Notes under the pieces: generated by a model
What the model was told of the DNA's origin: nothing
Database searches by the model: none
The model's input: only the letters and a program-made list of their open reading frames with translations
In this document: one piece after another, positions 19,887 to 28,728 of the stretch
How the letters are laid out: the number at the start of each line of letters is the position of its first letter
Numbering within the stretch: position 1 is the first letter of the stretch
Assembly (NCBI GenBank): GCA_964590575.1
Contig: CAZPWM010000010.1
Coordinates: 1-54,586, forward strand
Source of the DNA: an uncultured archaeon
GTDB taxonomy: Archaea > Asgardarchaeota > Thorarchaeia > Thorarchaeales > Thorarchaeaceae
DNA length: 54,586 bases
Direction: 5' to 3'
Translations under genes and position numbers: made by a program

Positions 19887-21353
19887 TTATTCCATCAAAC
19901 CCAATCTTGATAGTCTAGTTGAGCCGAAACCTAGGCTTGCCACCAAATCGTCGATGATTTGTTTGATTGGATCTGCGAAATACATCAGAAGGAAAATGAA
20001 AATGAAGATGGATATCATGATTGCCCATCTCATGTACCGTTCCCTGCGTTGATCTGAGAAATTGCGCGCCAGCTCTGCAAGGTCCCTCGCCCTAGTCCGA
20101 TAATACCACGCGAGGCCTCGATTGGTGATGGAATAACGCCTTTCTCGCTCAGCGATGAGCCCGCTCCTCTCGGCCTGTCTTATATTCTTCATAATGCCTC
20201 TCTGCTTTATGTTGTGGAATCCAATCACGGCTTGAACATCGTAGTACCGATGACCGAGGTTGACTCCTCTGAGAAAATCGTGTTCAATGACATCTGCTTC
20301 CTTGGGGCCGGTTGCGAGCCTTCCGAGAACCCAATACGTCATGAGGTCCTCATACATCTCATTTGCGCCGAGACGAATTGTGTCTACATCAATCTCGTCA
20401 CCTGCAGCTCGCAGTTCTCTGAGGGTAGATATGCTCTCCCATAGGATAATCCCGGATATCGCAAGCGCAACCAGCCCGTCTACAAAGTAGTATCCGAAGA
20501 TTGAGAAGGTGAAACCAATCATAACACCGTAGGCGACCTTGATGTGGGAGGTGTCCTCTTTGGCATCCCCAATTAAAGCCAAATTCCCTGAGCTCCGCCC
20601 GACCATCACCTTCAACCAGATGAGACCTCTATTGATTACTATGGACAAGAACTCTACATAATAGGCCTGAACCGACCATTGAACGGGTTCATTTGACAAT
20701 AGACCAGCAATTGCACCCACTGCAAGTAGTGCCCCAGTCATTGTCATTACTGTGATGATTGCTAGAGCGCCAAGTCTATCCCGCTTGTACTTGATGCTGA
20801 ATGCGATTATACCTACAACAAGAAGATCTGTCAGATTCTCAATGCCTTCGTTCAATATAGCATCACTATGAATTGACAGGCCAATCCAAATCTTCACCGA
20901 AGCCAGAAGAAGCAGAGCAAGCGTAGAGAGAACAAGTACAATACGCTCCGTAAGTAAACGCCTCATCCAGTACCCCTGATGGACTATCTCGAGCCTGCCA
21001 TATCGAATCGTTTCACGTCCACGATGACTGAGGCTATAACGACCTTCAGATTCTTGGATTAGGTCGTCATTCAAACCATGCTGGATGGCCTCATCAATGT
21101 CGATTGAGGTCATGGTGGGTCGTCGAAGCCTGAGTGCAAATATGCCGTCCAGATGGTCATAGAGTCCTTCGCGTGTATTGATTCCTTCGTGGATCGCACA
21201 TAGTATTGCATAGAGGAGTGAAATGGCCGGCTCACTCCTTAGAATGCTTCTAACTGGGAAACTGTAGTGTCCCTGTCTGATTTCTTGATGACTAAAGCTC
21301 CAGAGTTCTCTAAATGGGTCCGCGGAACCTTCAATCACCGGTGGATTAGCCAC
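19887..21353 (-). CDS. Cation diffusion facilitator-like membrane protein flanked by winged-helix-like domains
   Basis: Six TM segments with S.A(I)L.EG.E..TD and N.AL..DA.ED..H in CDF register; RYSLSHRG and RYSITNRG wing motifs. Confidence 0.65.
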   Translation of the reverse strand: MANPPVIEGSADPFRELWSFSHQEIRQGHYSFPVRSILRSEPAISLLYAILCAIHEGINTREGLYDHLDGIFALRLRRPTMTSIDIDEAIQHGLNDDLIQESEGRYSLSHRGRETIRYGRLEIVHQGYWMRRLLTERIVLVLSTLALLLLASVKIWIGLSIHSDAILNEGIENLTDLLVVGIIAFSIKYKRDRLGALAIITVMTMTGALLAVGAIAGLLSNEPVQWSVQAYYVEFLSIVINRGLIWLKVMVGRSSGNLALIGDAKEDTSHIKVAYGVMIGFTFSIFGYYFVDGLVALAISGIILWESISTLRELRAAGDEIDVDTIRLGANEMYEDLMTYWVLGRLATGPKEADVIEHDFLRGVNLGHRYYDVQAVIGFHNIKQRGIMKNIRQAERSGLIAERERRYSITNRGLAWYYRTRARDLAELARNFSDQRRERYMRWAIMISIFIFIFLLMYFADPIKQIIDDLVASLGFGSTRLSRLGLME

Positions 21354-21533
21354 TCGAAGGCCTCCATTCCAAGCGAATTAGCCAATAATACATCACTGCG
21401 CTGCTAAATATCTTATGCAGAGTGACATTCGGAGAAGGAGTGGACCATTCGGCGATACGACAGTCAGATTTGGTTATGATTAACAAAATTGGTTCTCTTG
21501 GTAAGGTTTTTTGTAAATTAGAAAGGAAAGAAA

Positions 21534-21548
21534 TGGCCCCGCCGGGAG
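21534..21548 (-). repeat. tRNA-Asn 3'-end fragment (A2)
   Basis: CTCCCGGCGGGGCCA, 14/15 match to the tRNA-Asn 3' end, followed by TTTCTTTCCTTT. Confidence 0.8.
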
Positions 21549-21596
21549 TTATGCCTCCAATAAACTGTGCAAAATGCGATGTCTTTCACAATCAGC

Positions 21597-23552
21597 TTAG
21601 GATGCTCTTCTTCGAATGTATCCAACTACGATAATTGTTATAGTCGCAATCACAGCAATTACTCCAAGACCTACTACAAGGGGGAACTCCCCGGCTATCT
21701 GAATGTTTCTGGTCGATAGAGAATGAATACCTTGCTCCGCTAGTTCGACAAGGATATAGTCATCATAGAGTAAGATCACCTCATCGGGCTCTCCTGTCAC
21801 TTCAAGAGTCAGAGTAGTCGTGCCATTTATCCACACGACTCTGTCATTCAGAACCTCACCCGCAGAGCCAAGGACTTTGATGGGAACCTGCTGTGAGTAA
21901 GAATATGGATTATAGACCTCATTTTCATCCTCAACGGTCACCAATAGAGTGCCCTCCTCTCTATCATAGACAGCTCCAGTGAATGAATAGTCAGGTAAGC
22001 GGGGATTGTTAAACCATGGTAGAAAGAACCAATCCAAAGACCCCCCACACACCGTCTCCAGCGCAGCTTGTAGACCTGCCAATGTGCCAACTCTGAAGTA
22101 ATTCTGCTTCAAGAAGAGCGAGAGGCCCTCGATAAACTTCTGGTGACCTATCTCGACACGCATCTTCTCAAGCACGAGTGGAGCCTTAACATACTCAAGG
22201 TATGTCACCAACTCAGGCATATCATAGTTTGACTGGTTTATTGCAGCGTCTATCCCATTTTCTATATAGAACACCCTCACAGTATCTAGATATCGATCAT
22301 ATTGGAAGTACTCCCAGTCTTGATGATAGTACTCGCCAAAGTAGTTGTGAGACCAGCAGGTCATTCCCTCGTCAAGAAAGCCCCAGTCAATGCTGTCTAT
22401 TCCCACAAGTTGCGACCACCATTGATGAATCACCTCATGAACAACCACTAACTCAAGATAATTGGGGGGTAGGTTTCCTAGTTTCATTGCCTGAAGGATG
22501 CCATTTGTTGCATACACCTGGCAGGGATATTCCATGCCGCCGTAGAATGCGAACTGCTCCACAACGTTGAGCGTTGAATAGGGATAGATGCCATAGGTTG
22601 TGTTGAAAAGCAATAGGGTTTCACTTGCCCAGTTCAGTACATCGTCTTCCCACTCTGTCTGAGAGTCTGGGATGTAAAAGCTTGATACCTTGACAGACCC
22701 TACCATCATAGACTCCATGACATAGTATCGAGAGGCTGAGAATGTGACCTCGCGTACCGGCAAGCCAGGACTGAAATGGTAAGTAGTGTCGCCTTCATCG
22801 CTATAGCTCTCAATTAATTGACCCGTTGCCGCGACCACCATGTCATTAGGGACTTCAACCAAGAACTCATAGAATGCCATATCAAGGTAGAAGGGGTCCC
22901 CGAAATTGACATACCCATCGGTGTTCCAGCCATCATACTCATCGTAGACGCATGGCATGGGATAGCAACTGGCAAACGTGAATATTCTCGATTGGTCGAT
23001 GTCACTACCCTGAGAGTTGGCTCTGTCTAGACCATCAGGTAGAGTGGTCTTGAATGAGATCTGAAACGAGGTGGTGCCACCTGATTCCACAGGCGCCGGA
23101 AGATTGACCCACATGATCTCGCCCTCCGACACGATATTGTAAGACAAAGGAACCTCAGGAGCATCGATTGTGGTCACATTGAAGATCTCGATGGCTCCCT
23201 GTCTACTAGTGTAATTCATACCGGAAGGATAGAGGTGGAACGGAATACTTGAGAAGGCAATTGGGTCGTCATTGTAATACTCAATGGATAGATTACCAGC
23301 AACAGTTGATTGAGTATCATCCAGCGTGACAGACAAATTGATGTGCGAGAAACTAGTCCCTGTGAAGTTTCCCCTTGAGAACCAGTTGTAGTCACCGAGG
23401 TCTGCCTGACTCAGCGAGGGCTGAATGTCTGTTCCCAGATTTCTCTGAAGGCTTGGTAGTGCCGAAACTGGAAGCATTATGGAAAAACCAGTGGACACAA
23501 TCATAAGAGCTATTGAGAAGACAAGGACTCTCTTCAAAATTACAACGACCAC
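21597..23552 (-). CDS. Secreted, membrane-anchored M1 family zinc aminopeptidase
   Basis: Signal peptide, GGMEYP, HEVIHQWW then LDEG gluzincin motif, Y.K, C-terminal TM followed by RRR. Confidence 0.9.
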   Translation of the reverse strand: MVVVILKRVLVFSIALMIVSTGFSIMLPVSALPSLQRNLGTDIQPSLSQADLGDYNWFSRGNFTGTSFSHINLSVTLDDTQSTVAGNLSIEYYNDDPIAFSSIPFHLYPSGMNYTSRQGAIEIFNVTTIDAPEVPLSYNIVSEGEIMWVNLPAPVESGGTTSFQISFKTTLPDGLDRANSQGSDIDQSRIFTFASCYPMPCVYDEYDGWNTDGYVNFGDPFYLDMAFYEFLVEVPNDMVVAATGQLIESYSDEGDTTYHFSPGLPVREVTFSASRYYVMESMMVGSVKVSSFYIPDSQTEWEDDVLNWASETLLLFNTTYGIYPYSTLNVVEQFAFYGGMEYPCQVYATNGILQAMKLGNLPPNYLELVVVHEVIHQWWSQLVGIDSIDWGFLDEGMTCWSHNYFGEYYHQDWEYFQYDRYLDTVRVFYIENGIDAAINQSNYDMPELVTYLEYVKAPLVLEKMRVEIGHQKFIEGLSLFLKQNYFRVGTLAGLQAALETVCGGSLDWFFLPWFNNPRLPDYSFTGAVYDREEGTLLVTVEDENEVYNPYSYSQQVPIKVLGSAGEVLNDRVVWINGTTTLTLEVTGEPDEVILLYDDYILVELAEQGIHSLSTRNIQIAGEFPLVVGLGVIAVIATITIIVVGYIRRRAS

Positions 23553-23694
23553 CTGTCACTTTATCCTGAAGAATCAGCTCAAAACGCATTAAGACTACCG
23601 ACTCAAGCAATCAAAAGGTGATTATGTGGATGAATGCTGGAATCTGTCTGTTTCTTCCTATCTTTGGCTATGATTGACAGACCATGAGAAGAGA

Positions 23695-23709
23695 TGGCGC
23701 CGCCGGTAG
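23695..23709 (-). repeat. tRNA-Asn 3'-end fragment (A3)
   Basis: CTACCGGCGGCGCCA followed by TCTCTTCTC. Confidence 0.9.
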
Positions 23710-23761
23710 CAAATATTGATGTGTCTTCAAAGCAATTCACATCAAGAAGGGAGTTTTAGAA

Positions 23762-24010
23762 ATGGAAGCAACTGAGAAATGTCCATCTTGTGGTGAGGAC
23801 ATGGACCCCGGTTTCATTGTGTCTCAAAGAACTATCTCTTGGTGCGACCTCGTTCCTAAAGTGATCTGTTACTGTGGAGAACCTCTGTCGAAGGGGTATG
23901 CTATCTGTGCATGTGTGTCTGGTTATCGATGTAAAAGATGCAAAATCATCCTTTATCAGGAAGTTGAAAAAGCACCAAGAAAGGAAACAGATGATTGGCC
24001 CGCCGGCTGA
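23762..24010 (+). CDS. Small Zn-ribbon protein (DUF6487-like)
   Basis: KCPSCGEDMDPGF...W...YRCKRCKII pattern. Confidence 0.7.
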   Translation: MEATEKCPSCGEDMDPGFIVSQRTISWCDLVPKVICYCGEPLSKGYAICACVSGYRCKRCKIILYQEVEKAPRKETDDWPAG

Positions 24011-24029
24011 CCCAAAAATGAATTAGAAG

Positions 24030-24044
24030 TGGCGCCGCCGGTAG
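24030..24044 (-). repeat. tRNA-Asn 3'-end fragment (A4)
   Basis: CTACCGGCGGCGCCA, 1 nt after the TAA of the 24046-24693 gene. Confidence 0.9.
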
Positions 24045-24045
24045 T

Positions 24046-24693
24046 TTATGAGATAATTCCTACCATCGCAGTTTCGATATACTTTAGTCTCTCAATGTGT
24101 TCATCGTTGTACACAAACTCGTATTCAGATTTGGGTACTGCTGCAAGTTTTCGTAATGCACTAAGGAATGAAGAATCACTTCTTGCAGCTTCCAAATCTG
24201 CTTCCATCTTCTTTGAGTTTGATTTCCTATGTTTCAAATAATAAATAATTCCTGAAACTATCATTATTGGGTATGATGCAAGAGCCATTTCAAGATTGTA
24301 AGGTATCGGTGGATATGATAATATATAGTCAATCACCTCAAAGCCCGTGAATGCTGATCCCCATAATATACTCGCAAACAATAGATAAAATGCTACCCGC
24401 TCTGAAAGGTCAACACACTGCTTTCTCCTCAGTTGCACCCTTATGTATGATAGGAGTTCAGAAGGATTCAGTGCATCTATTTGCCATTTTTCAAGAATGA
24501 GAATTTCCTTTCCCTCTTTATTCTTGACCATATATGGATCATTATCCAAATTCTCATCATCAAAGTGTTGATGTTCGACTATGCACTCCCTATAATTTGG
24601 ATCATCACTAAGAATTTCTTCTAATTGCTTGCATTTGTCATCTCGATAGAACCCACTATATTTTACTTCAGAACTATCGATATCAACACGCAT
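24046..24693 (-). CDS. Hypothetical membrane protein (2 TM)
   Basis: 215-aa AT-rich ORF with two hydrophobic segments; weak resemblance to an M48-like layout without HEXXH. Confidence 0.65.
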   Translation of the reverse strand: MRVDIDSSEVKYSGFYRDDKCKQLEEILSDDPNYRECIVEHQHFDDENLDNDPYMVKNKEGKEILILEKWQIDALNPSELLSYIRVQLRRKQCVDLSERVAFYLLFASILWGSAFTGFEVIDYILSYPPIPYNLEMALASYPIMIVSGIIYYLKHRKSNSKKMEADLEAARSDSSFLSALRKLAAVPKSEYEFVYNDEHIERLKYIETAMVGIIS

Positions 24694-24775
24694 TCTCTTT
24701 CACACCCACTCCACAATAACAGGAGTCACTTGAAAACTAATGAGGATTTCTGAAAAAGGAAAGTTAGAGGAGAAG

Positions 24776-24790
24776 TGGCGCCGCCGGTAG
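24776..24790 (-). repeat. tRNA-Asn 3'-end fragment (A5)
   Basis: CTACCGGCGGCGCCA immediately after the TAG of the 24791-25780 gene. Confidence 0.9.
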
Positions 24791-25780
24791 CTACTTCTTC
24801 GACTTCGCGAATCTACTTTCAAAAGCCATATCGAATGCATTATCAAAATACACTTGAGCTTGAGATACAGTTCTCGGATCGTTTGTACAGATTCCTGCCT
24901 CCAAATTCCTGTCCATGGAGGGCGCCACTAGATTTGCAGAACCAATGTAAAGTTCCTTGTCATCGACAATCACAATCTTTGCATGAAGATGGTCCGCTGT
25001 TTCGATACTGAACTTTCTTTTGTGAAATCCTCTGACTGTTTCCTCGTGGTATGGGTCATCACCCGCTCTTCGGGTCAGAATTCTAATTGATACGTTCCTT
25101 TCGTCCCTTACTTGAGTCAATTTATCTTCTATCTCTTTTATACCCCATATCCACGGAGAAGCAATGAGAATCGTCTTCTCCGCCTTATCAATCATCTCAA
25201 GAAGCTTGCCGAGTATTTCTCTGTCCTTTACAAAGGACACATCCGTGGATGTTGGTTCTGGATCCGGGATATCAACCAATTCCATGGCATAGGACTGGAC
25301 TTGTTCACGTATCTCATCAGCAATCCCTAAGACATCAGAATATCGACTCAGGTCGTATCTGTCATCAGAGAAATGCAGTCCGTTCTTTGCAATGTCCTCC
25401 AGCTGAGCAGACCACTCTTGCAACTGCTGCTTGGGCAAGTAGACCAATGGTTTCTCCAAGTCTTTCCATATCTCACGGAAATCACCCTGTATCTCCATGA
25501 TTTCATTATAGCGTTCCAAGTCATAATCGGTGGCTGCGTATTCCTCTGCAATCTTCACAATCCTAAAGAGCCTCTTCCCCCATCGTTCCAGAAGTTCTCT
25601 CTGCAACATTATTATGTCGCTATCTTGTTTTTCCTCCTTACATACGGAGCAACCTTCCACTTTGAGGTACCATTTTCCACAGTCTTTGCACTTGACGACT
25701 AGGCCTTGGTCACGCATTCCAAAGTGTTCTGCACAGAGTGGATAGAACCCACTTCGTTTTCCACATATCTGACAGACCAA
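24791..25780 (-). CDS. Zn-finger, tandem Nudix_N-like, phospholipase D (HKD) domain protein
   Basis: CxxC clusters; two W...L..IA....YDL.RY repeats; SPW and HAKIVIVD..YIGSANL..N.EAG single HKD motif. Confidence 0.75.
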   Translation of the reverse strand: MVCQICGKRSGFYPLCAEHFGMRDQGLVVKCKDCGKWYLKVEGCSVCKEEKQDSDIIMLQRELLERWGKRLFRIVKIAEEYAATDYDLERYNEIMEIQGDFREIWKDLEKPLVYLPKQQLQEWSAQLEDIAKNGLHFSDDRYDLSRYSDVLGIADEIREQVQSYAMELVDIPDPEPTSTDVSFVKDREILGKLLEMIDKAEKTILIASPWIWGIKEIEDKLTQVRDERNVSIRILTRRAGDDPYHEETVRGFHKRKFSIETADHLHAKIVIVDDKELYIGSANLVAPSMDRNLEAGICTNDPRTVSQAQVYFDNAFDMAFESRFAKSKK

Positions 25781-25856
25781 TCAAACCACCTCCGGTCCCG
25801 TTGATGACTAGGTCGTGTCCGGGTATTAAGACCATCGCCTTTTCACGAAACAACTC

Positions 25857-25873
25857 GACAGCAATGTTAATAT
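25857..25873 (+). promoter_or_regulatory. BRE/TATA-like promoter of tRNA-Asn
   Basis: ACAGCAATGTTAATAT about 30 nt upstream of the tRNA; the same motif is conserved upstream of both 5' fragments. Confidence 0.6.
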
Positions 25874-25898
25874 TGAAACTAGGAAAATCAGCCGAACA

Positions 25899-26067
25899 GC
25901 CGCCGTGGCTCAGTAGGTAGAGCGACAGTAGTTGTACGCGAACAGCGTCATACCGCTAAAGCCTGTTACCTTTCGATTCTGGTAATCGAGAGCCAGACAG
26001 TTGTTGGTCGGAGGTTCGAGAAACTTCATGACTTCCATGACGTTTGAAGACCCTCCCGGCGGCGCCA
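25899..26067 (+). tRNA. tRNA-Asn(GTT) with three introns
   Basis: Acceptor GCCGCCG/CGGCGGC, G73, CCA encoded. Removing about 25929-25961, 25969-25998 and 26021-26050 gives a 76-nt cloverleaf with GTT at 25965-25967. Confidence 0.92.
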
Positions 26068-26096
26068 TTAACCATAGTTAATTATCTTTGACCAAT

Positions 26097-26690
26097 TCAT
26101 CTCTCTCTACGGTCTAATTTCCTGCGAGTTTTTTCATCAAGTTCTCTTAGCCCCTTTTTGTACTCCTCAGATTTTTCATCTTCGGGAATCAGGTAGTGGA
26201 ATTGAGTGAATTCCCCATCTACTGTCTTGAAGAAATCGTCAACTCTGTCTGGAATATAGGGTACTAACTCCAAATCGTGCCCTCTTTCATGTAAAGCCTT
26301 GAGAACATCTCTTGTCCGAACTACACCGAGTGTTCCATCAGTCTTGGATTTACGTAGAATCTTTAGAAGGCACTTAGCCTTATCAGGTAAGTTACGGAGA
26401 ATCTCAGCTTCTTTTTCATTTAAGATACGGATGAACCAGACCGGCTTCCCTATTGAATCTTCAGAGCTATCATCATAATCAAGAATCTTGTCGACTATCC
26501 AATTATCAAGAGCGTATTCAATAACTGTGCTAGCATCTGTATTAGCTCCCGGGTTGTCTTGAAGCGTTTTATGAAGCCTATTCACCAAATCCCTCTTAGA
26601 CATCTGTTTCGTTTTTGTATTTTCCAGTAATTCAATGAGGATAGCGACAGCTTCAGATTCAGTTGTGTTCATTTTCCATCGTCCCACCAT
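26097..26690 (-). CDS. Hypothetical protein
   Basis: 197-aa ORF overlapping the end of the upstream gene; possible winged-helix segments. Confidence 0.65.
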   Translation of the reverse strand: MVGRWKMNTTESEAVAILIELLENTKTKQMSKRDLVNRLHKTLQDNPGANTDASTVIEYALDNWIVDKILDYDDSSEDSIGKPVWFIRILNEKEAEILRNLPDKAKCLLKILRKSKTDGTLGVVRTRDVLKALHERGHDLELVPYIPDRVDDFFKTVDGEFTQFHYLIPEDEKSEEYKKGLRELDEKTRRKLDRRER

Positions 26691-28720
26691 TTGTTTACTT
26701 CAAACTCGTGATCCCTAAATTGCTTCGTTGCCTCTGCTACATATTTCGGATGTTTCTTTATTATGTCCTTCATAATCTCTTTTTTGACTGCATCATTGGG
26801 AGCCGCTATCATTCCTAGCTTAACTGATTCGAGTAATGTTTCTGGTTCAGCTGTCCAAGCAACAGAAACTCGACTTGTTCTCTCGTGAAAACGAATTGTA
26901 TATGGTTTCGAACGATAGTCAATTCCCAAACTTCTAACAATCTCAATTTGATCCTGAATCAATCTATTGGGATTCTCATATATGCAATTCCACAGGCTTT
27001 CTGCAGTATTTCGAACTTGAGTAGATTCTGAATGCCTTAAATCTTGTAACTTACCATAGTTAAGTACCCAACTGTAACTTTCCTTTTTGCCACTATCTTT
27101 AATCAAATCGATTTCTCTTTTCCCGACTTTCGGTTCGATTCCATAGACTTCAGCTTTACTAGCAGCATCAAGGATGTTGGTATGTGTCCACTGTATTCGC
27201 TTCTTGCTAATAGTTCCATCTTGGGGAACCAAATCTTCAATCAATGCGCATCTTGCCCTCGTTGAGAACTCCTTGATTGCTGAAAAAAGTCCTGGATTTT
27301 GGACAGATCTGTCTCCTGAAGGAATACCAAGACGTTCTAGCATTACGCCCAGTGGTGTTGGGAGGTACGAAACATATAGATTATCGCGCTCTCTGAACTT
27401 AGGGTTAAGTTTGATATCTCCAAAAATCTGCAGATCCCTCTCAACAATTCTAATTCTGCTCATTCTTGATTCAGCGTACTCCAAAGTTCCATTTGGTTTG
27501 AGGTGGCAATCGCTTATAGCTATTGCAGTAAGTCGAGATAAAGCCACCTCGAATTCTTCCCCCTCTGGAAATCTTGGATTTGTAATTCCTCCTCTCCCAC
27601 TAGCTTTAGTAAGCTTTGATACTTCTCCATTAAGATCGCATAGAGTCTTCCCGGATACGTCATTCATCAAGTTGACATAATCTCCACGAATTCGTTGAAG
27701 TTCATGATTGAAACAGGAATACTTCGAGTCTTCCACAATCATCTGAGGGAGTAGTTCATGCAAATGCTTCACAATCGCGCCGCAGTTATTATCTTGAAGT
27801 TCTAGAGATTCTCCAACATCTTCTACGTACCTATCAAATGTTGTTTCGTCACGAAAGTAATAGTATAGACTATCATAGACATTTTCAAGACTCGTTGAAT
27901 CAAGGTCGGGTTTCCAAACATAGATTCGTTCCTCAACTAGCCCAAATCGAACTTCCTCATTTTCGTCAAGACTTTCTTTTGCTTGGTAAAATGCCTGTTT
28001 GAATGCATCAAGTTCCTGAGACGAAACTCCCAAGCTCCTATTGATGTCTATGTAGAACGTCCTTTCTGACTCTGGTAGACTGTTACCGATTTCCGATAAA
28101 AGCTCAGTAAGATTCTCTCGATTCAATTCCTTAGAATCTAGATCTGAAAAAACATCTCTCACCCAACTTTCATCCAGTTCTTGAATTCTAGTTGGCACCA
28201 CCTCCACTATGTCTTGTTCTTCGCGATTCTCACGAAGCTTGAGTTCCGAATGATTTTCTACAGCGTGGTCGAACTCCTCTTTCGTTCGAATCTCACCGAG
28301 ACGAGGTTCCTGCTCTTCTTCATGTCCCTCCAATGATTTATGTGTGAGTTTCTCCTTTTCTGCAACCTTCTCCTCCGAATCGTCAATGTTCGCCAGAGCC
28401 TCCCTGAGCTTGTCTTCAGTTGACTCGCTGGCTCTCTCCATCTCATTTAGTTCCTCAAAAGCATCTTCCAGCTTACTGCTTATTTGCCCCTCTTCTGCCT
28501 CGCTTTTCTTCAGTTTCTCCATTGCATACTGTAGCAGCTCAGAGGCCGATAGTTCATCTACCTCCTCAGATTCGGAACTCTCATTCTGCGCCTCACGAAT
28601 ACGTCGACTTTCCGAGACCAACTCGGCAGCAGTCAAGTCCTCAGCATGGGTTTCCTCAGATTCCTCACCGTACTCCCTTCTACGACGCCTCACACCCTCA
28701 CCGGATACACCCTCCACCAT
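26669..28720 (-). CDS. Protein with acidic coiled-coil N-terminus and C-terminal LAGLIDADG-like endonuclease domain
   Basis: LSRLTAIAISDCHL and ALIEDLVPQDGTI about 90 aa apart, with LERLGIPSGDR between them, as in two-motif LAGLIDADG domains. Confidence 0.6.
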   Translation of the reverse strand: MVEGVSGEGVRRRRREYGEESEETHAEDLTAAELVSESRRIREAQNESSESEEVDELSASELLQYAMEKLKKSEAEEGQISSKLEDAFEELNEMERASESTEDKLREALANIDDSEEKVAEKEKLTHKSLEGHEEEQEPRLGEIRTKEEFDHAVENHSELKLRENREEQDIVEVVPTRIQELDESWVRDVFSDLDSKELNRENLTELLSEIGNSLPESERTFYIDINRSLGVSSQELDAFKQAFYQAKESLDENEEVRFGLVEERIYVWKPDLDSTSLENVYDSLYYYFRDETTFDRYVEDVGESLELQDNNCGAIVKHLHELLPQMIVEDSKYSCFNHELQRIRGDYVNLMNDVSGKTLCDLNGEVSKLTKASGRGGITNPRFPEGEEFEVALSRLTAIAISDCHLKPNGTLEYAESRMSRIRIVERDLQIFGDIKLNPKFRERDNLYVSYLPTPLGVMLERLGIPSGDRSVQNPGLFSAIKEFSTRARCALIEDLVPQDGTISKKRIQWTHTNILDAASKAEVYGIEPKVGKREIDLIKDSGKKESYSWVLNYGKLQDLRHSESTQVRNTAESLWNCIYENPNRLIQDQIEIVRSLGIDYRSKPYTIRFHERTSRVSVAWTAEPETLLESVKLGMIAAPNDAVKKEIMKDIIKKHPKYVAEATKQFRDHEFEVNKWWDDGK

Positions 28721-28728
28721 GAAACCCC

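Noticed and set aside
23996-24010. TGGCCCGCCGGCTGA as an additional repeat copy
   Set aside because: It needs a gap and mismatches to align and lies within coding sequence (WPAG*); it may be chance.
18720-24790. CRISPR array interpretation of the 15-bp repeats
   Set aside because: The intervals are 0.3-2.2 kb and contain whole genes, the repeats match a tRNA end, and no cas genes are present.
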